Assembly (NCBI GenBank): GCA_009859145.1
Contig: VRVR01000009.1
Coordinates: 333,643 to 355,055 of the forward strand
DNA: 21,413 nucleotides
Direction: 5' to 3'
Source: Andalucia godoyi And28
Lineage: Eukaryota; Protista; Jakobida
Shown: piece after piece, positions 9,301 through 18,814 of the stretch
Position numbering within the stretch: the stretch's first letter is position 1
Layout of the letters: each line of letters begins with the position of its first letter
Notes under the pieces: model-generated
Seen by the model: only the letters and a program-made list of their open reading frames with translations
Told to the model about the DNA's origin: nothing
Database searches by the model: none
Position numbers and translations under genes: made by a program

Positions 9301-9921
9301 GTCACCGGAGGCACGGTGGATGCATATCTGTCGACATCAAACCCGTCACCATCTGCGTCCAGCTGGGATGTCATGCAGCATATCGAGTCGGCTACAGCAC
9401 GACTGTCGATTCTTGCGAGCGGTCCTGTTTACATCGGTCTGTTCAATCCGACAGCGTTGTCACCTGCCCCAGTGCTTCTCCATACTGTCCGCAACTCCGG
9501 ATCGCAACCGACGGTGGCTGTTTCCTTTACGCTCCGCAGCTCTTCTTCTACTTCGTCCTCTGACGAGAGTGGATCAGAAACGCTGACTTCGGGAGACATT
9601 GCGGCGATTGTCGTGGTTCCAGTGTTGTCTGTTGTTGCTGTTGTCAGTGGAGTGTTGCTGTGGAGGCGCCACAAGAACTCGCCTCAAGTTCTGTCTCCCG
9701 ATGTTGAAGTTGTCTGCATGCGCACATCGGACACGGAATTCGCATTGGCAAATACAACCGACAGCGAAAGGCTGAGGACCGTTGATCCGTCCAGCATCGT
9801 GATGGAGACAGAAGCACCGGCACAGAAATTGGAAATTTTCGGTGAACACACTGAAGTTGTCGTATCCGGCACTGACCACCAGGCCGTAGAAAAACTGGGT
9901 GGAGTCAACGAAAAGCAATAG
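6322..9921 (+). CDS. Type I membrane/cell-surface protein: signal peptide, 7-repeat beta-propeller, Cys-rich GCC2/GCC3 (ephrin-receptor-like) repeats, PPC-like domain, TM helix, cytoplasmic tail
   Basis: ATG 6322 starts a signal peptide (MSARLFFLACFVGVLFYCTRHCVHA) after a pyrimidine tract. Seven W-x-x-V-G repeats follow, then about 24 CxxCxxG(S/T)(Y/F) units, then GGTVDAYLSTSNPSP...GPVYIGL. The TM helix IAAIVVVPVLSVVAVVSGVLLW (about 9598-9663) is followed by RRHK. Confidence 0.92.
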   Translation: MSARLFFLACFVGVLFYCTRHCVHAVTWSVVGTGASASPGNANQVRLAIDSKDQVYLAFKDDGVGGTARASVMKLDKRNSWGYVGSRAFSTAINYNWYCFSLGIDRTDVPHILFRSYSGDDQAISMRYNSTTTSWEYVGPTNFTPVSISFAYAILFSLTNVPYAFFTTQATTQAMAMKYSNNVWSILGTVTQFSPGYALNPAAAMDSNGTPYILFGDYVSSTNSRASVMKLNSSNEWALVGQRQFTPTSTSSTYMDIQIHPITNYPYIAYRGDDTVGNKLTVMCFNGTEWSLVGGSAGISNGSVENIAMRFNSNGTLYAVFRDASASNKLSMLTWNGTAWSQFGTPGFSPTTTNSATAPIGIVISSKGDIYVSYTNSDNAAMVLTTASLSTPSCPSGTYMLPSGACELCPAGSYYNSSGQQSNCTLCPSGTFSAAVGANSSTTCSLCGAGSFGNSTGGTSASSCYLCPAGSFSAVDGATSCTLCAAGTYSNVSGASSAMACFAYPAGSFSLASGSATCQLCAAGTFGNTTGASSASSCFECAAGSYATLDGSATCTLCDAGTYSTVPGAANISVCVSCSPGSYSTVAGASQCTLCSAGTSNSASGSANSSACTPCSAGSYSTTPGSNSCTLCSSGTYNPNTSTTTNASCLLCPAGTYNPNNGSTNAAACIPCAVNSYSSSSGSAICTACSTGQCASTTGLTSCAACTCAPGQYRLGTTSCAQCPAGTWQNLPDQTSCNFCPIGLASSAVGAANFSVCTPCNPGTYPVFGSASCVPCYPGWFAPGFGNGGCGPCPPGTYIGAYASEVCDACSAGTFSNTASPFCMTCPSGTFSVDRAPRCNVYNVSESSLSPSEMALLSSDWQCTSRQLSSANASLVVYAIWNRQAVNVDAFASCNVSTFETLPTASTKGESLNLALNVTTLTSASSWFQQNAKCFVCMRGSAAGSVWVALSETEVVAENSETPVGVITHGQPKFVSTPPFAAPGARIVEITLIVTGGTVDAYLSTSNPSPSASSWDVMQHIESATARLSILASGPVYIGLFNPTALSPAPVLLHTVRNSGSQPTVAVSFTLRSSSSTSSSDESGSETLTSGDIAAIVVVPVLSVVAVVSGVLLWRRHKNSPQVLSPDVEVVCMRTSDTEFALANTTDSERLRTVDPSSIVMETEAPAQKLEIFGEHTEVVVSGTDHQAVEKLGGVNEKQ
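6397..7480 (+). repeat. Seven approximately 50-54 aa beta-propeller blade repeats
   Basis: Blade-initial Trp codons lie at 6403, 6562, 6724, 6871, 7030, 7189 and 7339. Consensus is roughly W..vG...fs........l.ids.g.pY..f.d.....ka.vmk.n. Confidence 0.85.
7501..8838 (+). repeat. Tandem Cys-rich CxxC repeats (GCC2/GCC3-like)
   Basis: About 24 units such as CTLCPSGTFS, CSLCGAGSFG and CTLCAAGTYS, largely alternating 20-aa and 17-aa lengths. Confidence 0.95.
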
Positions 9922-10980
9922 TAAATCCGGCAAAAAGCTTGAATGCTTTCTCATGCGATAATTTTCCACCGAGTTGATGCCAAGCTTTCGCCTGCATGAA
10001 AAGCGAAAATCAATTATAAACGGCTAAGCTGTCACTGAAGACAGATCCAATTTGGGGCGAGAACCAGCTCTGCATCAAAGGGTCATCGTAACCAACACAT
10101 TCCACAATCGATTCAACATTCAAAAATGAACGTTGGAGGAAAACAGAATGTGGCCCGTTTGAGTTTGTTGGGAAGATCCCTCTTTGAAGCCATGCGATGT
10201 TTTGTCTTTGATGACAGGTGCTGCTTGAGGGTTCGATTGGGAAAAGCAAGCGGGAGATAATAGAAAAGGGAAAAAAGTGAAAAAGAATGAAAGAAATTCT
10301 AGACTTGACTACGGTAAGAATAGTCAAAAGCTGTCAGCTGCTGCCGCCTACTGCGATCTGAAGAAGCAATCCGAAGCGCACGCAAACAAAAAACACTGCC
10401 ACGCGCCATGCGCATGCGTTTGTTACGGTATCTTAACAATTCCGTCACACGATGCCCGATTCGTTTCGCCCCATTTTTGATCATGAAATCCCTATAAACA
10501 CGCTGCCGCGTTGCATTCTCGCACGGCGACGCTCATTTCTTATATTGTCTGTCTGCCGACAAGCTGTCTTCGATGATCGCCAAGGCGGCAACTGCGCGGC
10601 AGCGCTACTCGATGAAACGCGCGAATTCGTGGGGCGGCAGTGTCGATTGTGACTTGTGACGGAGGAGTGTACGTCTGAAGCGTGCGGCCGTTGCAGGGAA
10701 ATGCATCGCAAGGTGTATGGAACAATGTAGGCGTCCATGCAGAATCAAACATTGAAATAAGCTGACAGCTTCAACAGTCTGGTACGCTTTCGCCGCTGTT
10801 GTTGACGACGACGGGAATTCTGTGTCAGCAAGCACATCCAAATGCTTGATCCTGCAGAACTGCCTCATTTGGATGACGCACAAAAATCTCAATGTTTTTT
10901 GTATCTTCCGGAGATGTTCTTTTTCCGATTCTCTGTAGCATTTCGTCTTTTCTGTATTCTGCGATCTGCTGTTGACCAAC

Positions 10981-12732
10981 ATGACATCCAGTAGACGTGA
11001 TGACAATGAGGAACAAGTATCTGCGGTGACTTTCGAAAATCCGTGGGATCTTATGGACAATGCGTCGATTGGGATTCATCTTGTTGATTCGTCGGGAATC
11101 ATCCGCTATGCAAACAAGGCGGAATTGACAATGCTTGGATATTCGAGCAACGAATACATCGGAAAGCACATCGCCGACTTTCATGCTGATTCACATACGA
11201 TTTGCGATATTATGCAGAAGTTAAGTCGGTTCGAAACGCTGCACAACTATCGCGCACGCTTGCTTTGCAAGGATGGGTCGGTAAGATGGGGCTCCATCGA
11301 GTCTAGCGTGTATTGCACAGCGGATGGGAGGTTCTGTCACACCCGTTGTTTTACGAGGGATGTCACAGACCTGATTGCTGCGCAGGAGCGTATGAAACTG
11401 CAGGAGATTGAATTATTAGAACAAGAAGCCCGCAGGAACTCTGCAGAGCAGCTTTCTTCGCAATGTTCTGCTTTTTTGCGTACTGTTGTGCACGAGTGGA
11501 AGAATCCGCTCGCGGGTGTCCTTGGTGCCATCCAGCTTATCGAAGATGACTTGGAGGAATGTGCGCGATCTTTTGGTAGTACTGACGGGGCAAGCCTTCA
11601 ATCGCTGCGCTCAACGATTCAAAAGTCAATTGACTGTATTCGGTTTTCTGTGGATCAGCAGCAGAGGGTTTCGGAGGATGTTTTGTCATGGTCGCGAATG
11701 CGATCGAACAAACTCGAGATTGTTCAGTGCCCGCTTGATTTGATGGGACTCTTGAAACAGCTTCGTTTGTTCTTTGAATGTGAAACACGTCTGCGATTTC
11801 TGCAGACGAACAAAGTCAGGTTTTTTGCAAATGTCTCTGATGACACGATGGAGGCGCTGCACATCATTACCCAACAGTTTCATATTTTAGGCGATGAACG
11901 TCGGCTGCAGCAGGTTTTGATGAACCTCGTTCAAAATGCATTGAAGTTTACGACATCTGGATCGGTCAACGTCGGGATTTCCATTTCTCGTACATCAGAC
12001 TCCACCTTGCACGTAACCTTCCGAGTGTCCGATTCCGGAATTGGGCTCTCACAGGATGAAATTTCGAAGCTTTTCGCGCCCTTTCAGCAAGCGTCGACTT
12101 CGGTGTTTCATCAATTTGGTGGGCATGGCCTTGGCCTGAGCATCTGTCGCGAACTGATTGAACACATGGGCGGCAGCATCCATGTGCGATCGGAAGCTGG
12201 AGCAGGGACGACTTTTGTCGTAGAAGTTCCGCTTTCGTTGCAAGTCCGAGATCCAGTTGCCACGAATGTCGCTGCAGATACAATGTCCACGAGCCCAGCT
12301 TCCGTTCCTTCCGGCAGCGAAAGCGTATCCCTGGACGTTCTCATTGCGGACGATTCTCTCGTCATTCAACGGGTTTTGGGTCGGTACTTGCGCCACGTTC
12401 GCTTCATGCGGGTCGCGATGGATGGGCAACAGGCGGTGTCAGTTTTTGCAGAACGTCTTCAGCAATCGGGAGCGTCGTTTCATCTAATTCTACTCGACCT
12501 TGAAATGCCTGGATTGCGCGGCTTGGAGGTTGCACGACGCATTCGGTACATGGAAAAACAAGCAACCGTCCATCCCAGCCGAATTGTCTTGATGACGGCG
12601 GGTCCGACTGATCAGTTTGATCCTCGCGACTTGGCTTCTCTTGATGCAATTCTCCCGAAGCCCGTCACGAAAAGGGATATCGAATTGCAGATGAGCGAAT
12701 GCACACGCAATCAGACTTTGTTGGAAGCGTAA
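10981..12732 (+). CDS. Soluble hybrid sensor histidine kinase PAS-HisKA-HATPase_c-REC
   Basis: First ATG is at 10981 (the ORF track starts at TTG 10972). PAS runs from LMDNASIGIHLVD and ANKAELTMLGY to HTRCFTRDVT. H-box VHEWKNPL (His 11491), N-box LMNLVQNALKFT, G1 VSDSGIGL, F-box LFAPFQQA, G2 GGHGLGLSI. REC has IADDS, ILLDLEMPG (Asp 12496), LMTA and LPKP. No TM helix. Confidence 0.96.
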   Translation: MTSSRRDDNEEQVSAVTFENPWDLMDNASIGIHLVDSSGIIRYANKAELTMLGYSSNEYIGKHIADFHADSHTICDIMQKLSRFETLHNYRARLLCKDGSVRWGSIESSVYCTADGRFCHTRCFTRDVTDLIAAQERMKLQEIELLEQEARRNSAEQLSSQCSAFLRTVVHEWKNPLAGVLGAIQLIEDDLEECARSFGSTDGASLQSLRSTIQKSIDCIRFSVDQQQRVSEDVLSWSRMRSNKLEIVQCPLDLMGLLKQLRLFFECETRLRFLQTNKVRFFANVSDDTMEALHIITQQFHILGDERRLQQVLMNLVQNALKFTTSGSVNVGISISRTSDSTLHVTFRVSDSGIGLSQDEISKLFAPFQQASTSVFHQFGGHGLGLSICRELIEHMGGSIHVRSEAGAGTTFVVEVPLSLQVRDPVATNVAADTMSTSPASVPSGSESVSLDVLIADDSLVIQRVLGRYLRHVRFMRVAMDGQQAVSVFAERLQQSGASFHLILLDLEMPGLRGLEVARRIRYMEKQATVHPSRIVLMTAGPTDQFDPRDLASLDAILPKPVTKRDIELQMSECTRNQTLLEA

Positions 12733-12942
12733 TGCAGCAAAAAATGTATTAGTTTTTGTACGAGACATGCAGATTGAATTCGTTGCCTTGGCTTTTGTAA
12801 TCTCTTTTCGATGACTCTTGTTGTTGCGGGAGCAGTTCCTGATATCACACAATGACCAAGATGCGCCAAAACCCGACAATTTCTTCCAGGGAGTGCTGAC
12901 AACATATCCGACTGTGCATCTAGAGTTTTGCATACGCAAAAC

Positions 12943-13280
12943 ATGCGCTGTTATTGGATGAATGCGATTGTGATTGCAGTTGTGATTCTGACTTTTGCTG
13001 TGCTCTCTCTTGCTCTCGTTATTGTGTACTGGGATTCATTTCGTACAGGAACGGTCTTCGCGTCGTACGTCATTTTGATCGGAGAGCCTATTTCACAGTC
13101 TTGCGGATCCGGCATTGCCGACATCCTCCGCCACGCGCAGCGCACTCCATGTTGCACAACATTCTCGATGTCGATGAATTTCTCCAAGTTGTCAAGAATG
13201 TTTTCTCGATGCATACCAGCAATAGTTTCATTTCATTCAACCTCGGCTTTACAGAGAACTCCATAGGTCTCCATGCCTAG
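12943..13280 (+). pseudogene. Possible relic of a membrane-anchored sensor gene (TM helix plus out-of-frame helical segment)
   Basis: Frame +1 gives MRCYWMNAIVIAVVILTFAVLSLALVIVYWDSF, a clear TM helix. Frame +3 then gives protein-like LHNILDVDEFLQVVKNVFSMHTSNSFISFNLGFTENSIG before a stop. No homology confirmed. Confidence 0.25.
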
Positions 13281-13617
13281 CAGCGCTCTGCCAACAACCA
13301 ACTGTCCACACGGCCATTCCCACTGCCAATACATACCCAGCACTCTCGAATCGCTGCGAGCGTACATTCTGAATGGAAAGAAGAACACGATGTAGGTTCG
13401 CCCAATGTACAGTTCATGAACCTGAACCGTGGAATGCGCTGATACTTCTGCCGTTGCATGCCACACTGATTAAAATACCTTCAGATTCCAAGCGATAGCA
13501 GCTGTTGCGAAGAGAAGCGGAATCATCAAAGGATTGTCATTCCATTGTGAAAAATGGAAAAAAAAAACACATTCATAGCAATAATTATACTGAGAATTGA
13601 AAAAGTCAATGGTGGTA

Positions 13618-16600
13618 TCAGAGATCAAGTCGTTTTTCAAGCGAAATGGAAACAGTCTTGGGGATGATGACTTGGCGAACGACGGATCGATTGACGGCGG
13701 GAGCGGCCGAAGAAACCCGAGAGCGGTCAGTGGGATCGAGGATTTCCTCCCAGTTCGGCTCTGGGAATCCAAAGACAGCGGATTCTGTTTGTCCGTGCAC
13801 AAAGTATGTAGTGACCTCTCCGACGCCTTTGAGCATGACCTTGCGTGTTTCGCAATCATATATGGAATGCACTCTTTCGAATGTGGCTCTGGAAACGTGA
13901 ATGCGTCCTGGACACCCGGTGGACTCAAGACGCGAGCAGATGTTCACGTCCTCAGAATAAACATCCCAAATATACCGGTTCTCGCCAATGCAGCCCGCAA
14001 TGACCTGGCCCGAGTGTACACCGACGCGGATCTGCAGCGGCTCTTTCAGCCCCAACATGCCGCTCTCATTCAAGCGCCTGACGAGCTCCATACATGCAAA
14101 CGAAAATTCAATCATTCGAACAGGATGGTCAACGCAAGGCTGCGGAGCTCCAGCCACACACAGGTACGCATCGCCAATCGTCTTGACCTTTTCAACTCCG
14201 TAGTGCAGAGCCAGACGGTCCATTCCGGTTACAAGCGAATTGAGCATCCGGACGAGATGAGCCGGAGTCAGCGCAGAAGACAGCTGCGTGAATCCTTTGA
14301 TGTCGCTGAAGAATATTGTTACCTCATCATACATGTCGGCGATTAGGGTTTCTCCGCGCTGGAGTCGGTCTGCAATGGAATGGGGAAGGATGTTCTGCAA
14401 CAGCGTGTCTGCTCGACGCTTCTCTGCCTCAAGAAGAGTTTCGCGGCGTACTGTTTCACTCATGTCTCGAACAAAAACAAGAAACGTGACGGTGGTGTCA
14501 GTTGGATTTTGCGCCGACTCTGCATCTTTGAGTTCTGCATGTGAAGTGTCTGAAGTGCGCGAAATATCCAGTCGTACCGGAAATGGTGCCCCGGAGAGTC
14601 CTCTCGAAAACTGCACATCCACATGACGCGTCACGGAGTCGGGCGAGAGGGCTCGTTGAATAAGAACTGTGTCATCCGCCGTTGCTGCAAAAGAGCAGAG
14701 AGAGCGACCTAGGACCATGCGATTGTCCAGACCTACCATAGAGCAAAAGGCGCGGTTGCAGTTTTCGACTCGGGGATCGCGGCTTCCGGAAGATGAAAGA
14801 CCCAGCTGGCTGCCACGGCCCCTCCTACCCGTGCTTTCCTCGTCGAAAATGGCCTCCGGAGAACCTCTCTGATCTCCAGCACCAAAGGTGGAAACATGCA
14901 GTGCAATTTCAAGAATGCCGTCCTTGGAGGTTTCTAACAGTCTGGAGAAACGTGTCTGCAAATCAACTTGCCGTTCCACTAGCTGAAGCTTCGACAGCTT
15001 CAGGAGATCGGCATGATACACATTGGCATCTTCTCCGCTATACGCACTGTCTCCAAAAAGGATCACCCCGAATAGCGGCCACGACTTCAGCCAGTTCCAT
15101 GGAAGCCAAAGGAACAACAGCCGTGCGCGCTGTGACTCGTGTTCCAGACCAGCCAGGGAGTTGAGAAGCCACGCAAAACACAAAAAGAGGACGGGAAGCA
15201 ACACCGCGAAGCACACAATCACAGAAGTGTACAGGACGTCCACGCGGCGGTCATACGCAGTATTCTGGTAACGAACCAATATAAGAAACTGATCCGCAAA
15301 GTACGATTCCATCTGCGAAATGGATGAGTACAGCGGAAGATTCAAGTCAGAAGGACTGTTTGCAAAGGACGCCCACTGCGATACTGCATTCAGATAGTCG
15401 CCGAACAAAGATGCAAGAGGTCGGCAAGTAATGAGCGTCTGATCGCTGCAAAACGGATCGTAATGCATGGAATCTGCTCGGGAATCAAGCCCGTCAAACT
15501 TTGCCCGAAGGTCTAGATCTGCCTGGGCAAGATCCCGCAAGGAATCTTGGAGCTCTGTGAAAATTTGCGACCGTGATGACCACGCTCGTGTGTCGTTTGC
15601 GATGAGTTCGATTGAGAGACAATGCAAACGCGACATGATTGACCTGCGATCTCCAGACAATGACGTCAATTCTGTATTGTCGCGAAAGAACGACAGGAAA
15701 ACAAATCCATGAATGCAAACAACCGTAATTAATATGGAGGACAAGAGAAGTGTGATGGCAAACACAACGGAAAGCCGGCGCAGTGGGTCTCTTCGAACGC
15801 GAAACGGCACAACACCATTGGAAGCAGCAAAGTTGTCATCATAGCCAGATGGCGCATCGTCGGTTTCCATATCGGATTCCGACGTGGCCGAATCAGTGGA
15901 CCGCGTCCCTCGGATCTTGAACGCTGAGACAATCCGCTGAACCATTCCTTTTGGAATAGATCCAAAGAACGAGTACAGCTGTGCACGATTTTTGACAAAT
16001 CGCTTGGAAGCAGGATAAAACAACCCCAAAAGCAAGAGCAAGGGGATCAACCAGCCGATGCACAGCAACACAGCCAGTACGATCACGAATGTCGCATACG
16101 TGTCGTCATACACAGTGACAATCTTTGAGAAACTGCCAGAAAGAAACGAAAATAGCACGGAAATGCTGTTGTCGAGCACAAATCGCACGGACGGATCCGT
16201 GCTAGCATTCTGCAGCGTTGCTACTGTGTTGGCTCTCGCAAGACTCGAGGCGGTTTGTCCCACGCGCAGCGTCAAATCCTTCATGCTCAGCTGTCGTCCA
16301 GTGACATCAAAAGAGTCCGTGGCTGGGATGTACAACTTCGGCGTGATCTTTTCGTGCAAGATTTCATTCCTCTTGGCAGAGTTTGGCACCGAAGCCGTTT
16401 CTACGTTTCGCATGTTTGTCTGCAAAAGATTGCCTTCGCTCTGTAGTTTGTCAGCATGTGCCGCCACGGATGGTTGCATGATTTCCAATCGCATCGCAAT
16501 CGCCACGCCCTGGGAAATTCGGCGATTTCGACTGACAAGAATCAGTGTTTCCGAAGCTCCTTCGTAAGTGCTGAACATGTACAAAGCAACTCCAAAAGCA

Positions 16601-18814
16601 ATGCATACGCAACTCAACACAACCAACGCTGACAGCAGGACAGAAAGACGGAGACGAAAGATTTGCTTATCTTTAAGCAAGACAATCGTGTCGTGCCAGG
16701 TGTTCACGCGAGCTACCTGAGCCGCAGGGATGGACGACGCGGCTTCGCTGTTTGGCTCGGCTATTTTTTCCATTTCAAACAGGAAACCGTGGTATGCCTT
16801 CTCGATTTCGGTATCTTTGGGGAAGCGCTGCTTGAGAATATCGAAATACCGCTCGGCCTGACGAATATGATCGTCAATGGAGGAAACCACTCTGGGCAGG
16901 GCGGACACATCAGGCTTTGGAGAAAGCAGCAACTTCCAGAAGGCACGAACTCTGCGAACGCACTTTTCATGCTCTGCCCAAGGGAAGAGTAACAGTGAGA
17001 GGACACGATTGTCTATCAGAAGCACATTGATCAACGAGGCAGAAAATCGTTTGGCAACAGATAGAGATTCTGTCGACGCGACTTCGCGCAACTTTGTCAA
17101 GCACAGTCGCTCGTCTAGGGCGCATGCGTAGTATAATGTTCTTGCATCTTTCGCTCGAAATCGGAACCGTTCTTCGTTTGGATCTGCCGGCTCTTCGGTT
17201 TCGGCGGTCACCTGTCTCTTTTTGTTTCTTCCAGTCAAATCGCTGAATCTGATGCGCTGCTTGCTGGACGAAATCGGGTTTTCTGCGGCGTTCAACGCAT
17301 ATTGCATCGAACGAATGTCTCCAGCCAGGGACAGGTAGAGACGCAAGCTGGAGTAGTAGACCCAAATGGAGTCGCAAGACGAGTACTCTGGCTGTGTCAG
17401 TACAGTTTCGAACAAGTACATGCAGGATCGAACCCGCTGTTGCATGTTCGGCTCCAAAGACCCAAGCAAGACTCTTGCAACAAAGATCATGTTTTCCGGG
17501 GAGCTCAAGACGACGGCCCAAAAGAGGCGGCGGGAGTTCTCGGAGTACACGAAACTCGGCTGCGTATCCGCAACGCTGCTGCTGCTGCAGTACGAAACGC
17601 TTTCCATTGACGGAAATGCCGTTGACGTGGCCTCAATGGGCGAATCTCTGCTCAAACCAGCATCGAGCACAAGACGAGGAACGGTCTTCATGTCCAAGAA
17701 GTCGCGATAGTCAAGTTCCATTGCCGCTGCAAACTGCTCGACGGTCCTGCGATACCTGTGCATATGATACAGTGCACCTGTCAAAACAGCACCTACCAGC
17801 AACGCAATCAGAACTGGCAGACCCACGGACGAAACTACATTCGAGTCCATCAAACTGCACACGCCGATCCAAAAGCTCATTGCGATCGCTGCCCATGCGA
17901 CGCCTGCAAACAGCACCCCTACCGTTGGCTTCAGGAACGGGCACGAAAGCCGCGATACGGCTCTCAGCAGACAAACCCACAGCACTGCGGTTAAGAAGGC
18001 ATTCAGCAGTGGAACATGAATGAGGACGAAGAACAGCAGCGCAAGAGCTGGAACAAGCCACATTGAAATGGATGTCAGCGGGCAAATGACACCTGAGAAG
18101 TCGAATCGGCTCACTGGAACAAGGAGAGGAAATGCATGCGTGGTTGGAGCAAAGACCGCGACAACAGCGGTGGATGCAGCCATTGTAACGACGGACATGA
18201 ATGCATACGCTGCAAACGTCGCCCCAGAACAGCTCTGGTCGCTAAATGTACGCAAATCGGCATCATCGTCACATGCTAGGAAAAGCAGAGTGTGGCGAAC
18301 TATTGTCAGAAAGAACATGATTGTCAACTCCACATGCAAGGCGACAAGGCGACAGATCATCCGAGGAGATTGGGAGAACGGGGTCTTGGTTAAGAACTGC
18401 AGCAAGCAGGCTACGACAATTCCGACAAGTTGCCACGTCGTCAAAAGAATGCACAGCTGCGATCGGGCTGTGAACGAAGGAGATGAAGCAGGAGAAAACA
18501 GAAGGATGCTGTCGGCGGCTGTCACCAAAGCGTCGAGATTAGAGGAGTCCTGTGCGACAAAACGGAAGCCGACAATGCAAACACACAATGTGAAGAAGAA
18601 GCAAGGAAATGGAACAGCAGCGTAGGAACGAAAACATTTTGGAGCAAGCGGGGTCCAGAATGGTAACATTGAGCACTCGCGACACAAACGGCGCAGTGTA
18701 CGTACACACAAACCGCACAGCTTTCGCTTTCAGCGCTGCACTGAACAGCCGCGATCGTAGCGACGAAACAGAGGACGAACCATTCGATGAGGACCCGTCT
18801 TCCGCCGGCTGCAT
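13618..18814 (-). CDS. Large multi-pass membrane adenylate cyclase with TmcB/TmcC-like N-terminal TM and helical regions, PAS domain and C-terminal class III cyclase
   Basis: 1697-codon open frame 18711-13618. It has an N-terminal TM cluster (about 18460-17760) and a helical segment RAFWKLL...AERYFDILKQRFPKDTEIEKAYHGFLFEM. Four further TM helices carry recurring SRNRRIS/SGDRRSI and FGSIP/FLWLP motifs. PAS is LLETSKDGIL...NCNRAFCSMVG...GAPFPV...FVRDMSE. Cyclase motifs are FFSDIKGF, KTIGD, GVHSG and WDVYSEDVNICSRLE. The start at ATG 18814 is inferred through a probable intron; ATG 18669 is the alternative. Confidence 0.93.
18550..18718 (-). other. Probable spliceosomal intron near the 5' end of the large cyclase gene
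   Basis: A long pyrimidine-rich tract on the - strand ends TTTTGTCGCACAG at 18550. Phase-0 donors GTGCGG (18718) or GTGTGT (18709) join MQPAEDGSSSNGSSSVSSLRSRLFSAALKAKA in frame to DSSNLDAL. Donor GTACGT (18705) with the AG ending at 18519 is also in frame. Confidence 0.5.

Noticed and set aside
10010-10740. Several 60-105 aa ORFs between the surface protein and the kinase
   Set aside because: No motifs, conflicting strands and UTR-like composition.
13597-14346. 249-aa + strand ORF opposite the large cyclase catalytic domain
   Set aside because: In-register antisense shadow of a conserved domain; no independent features.
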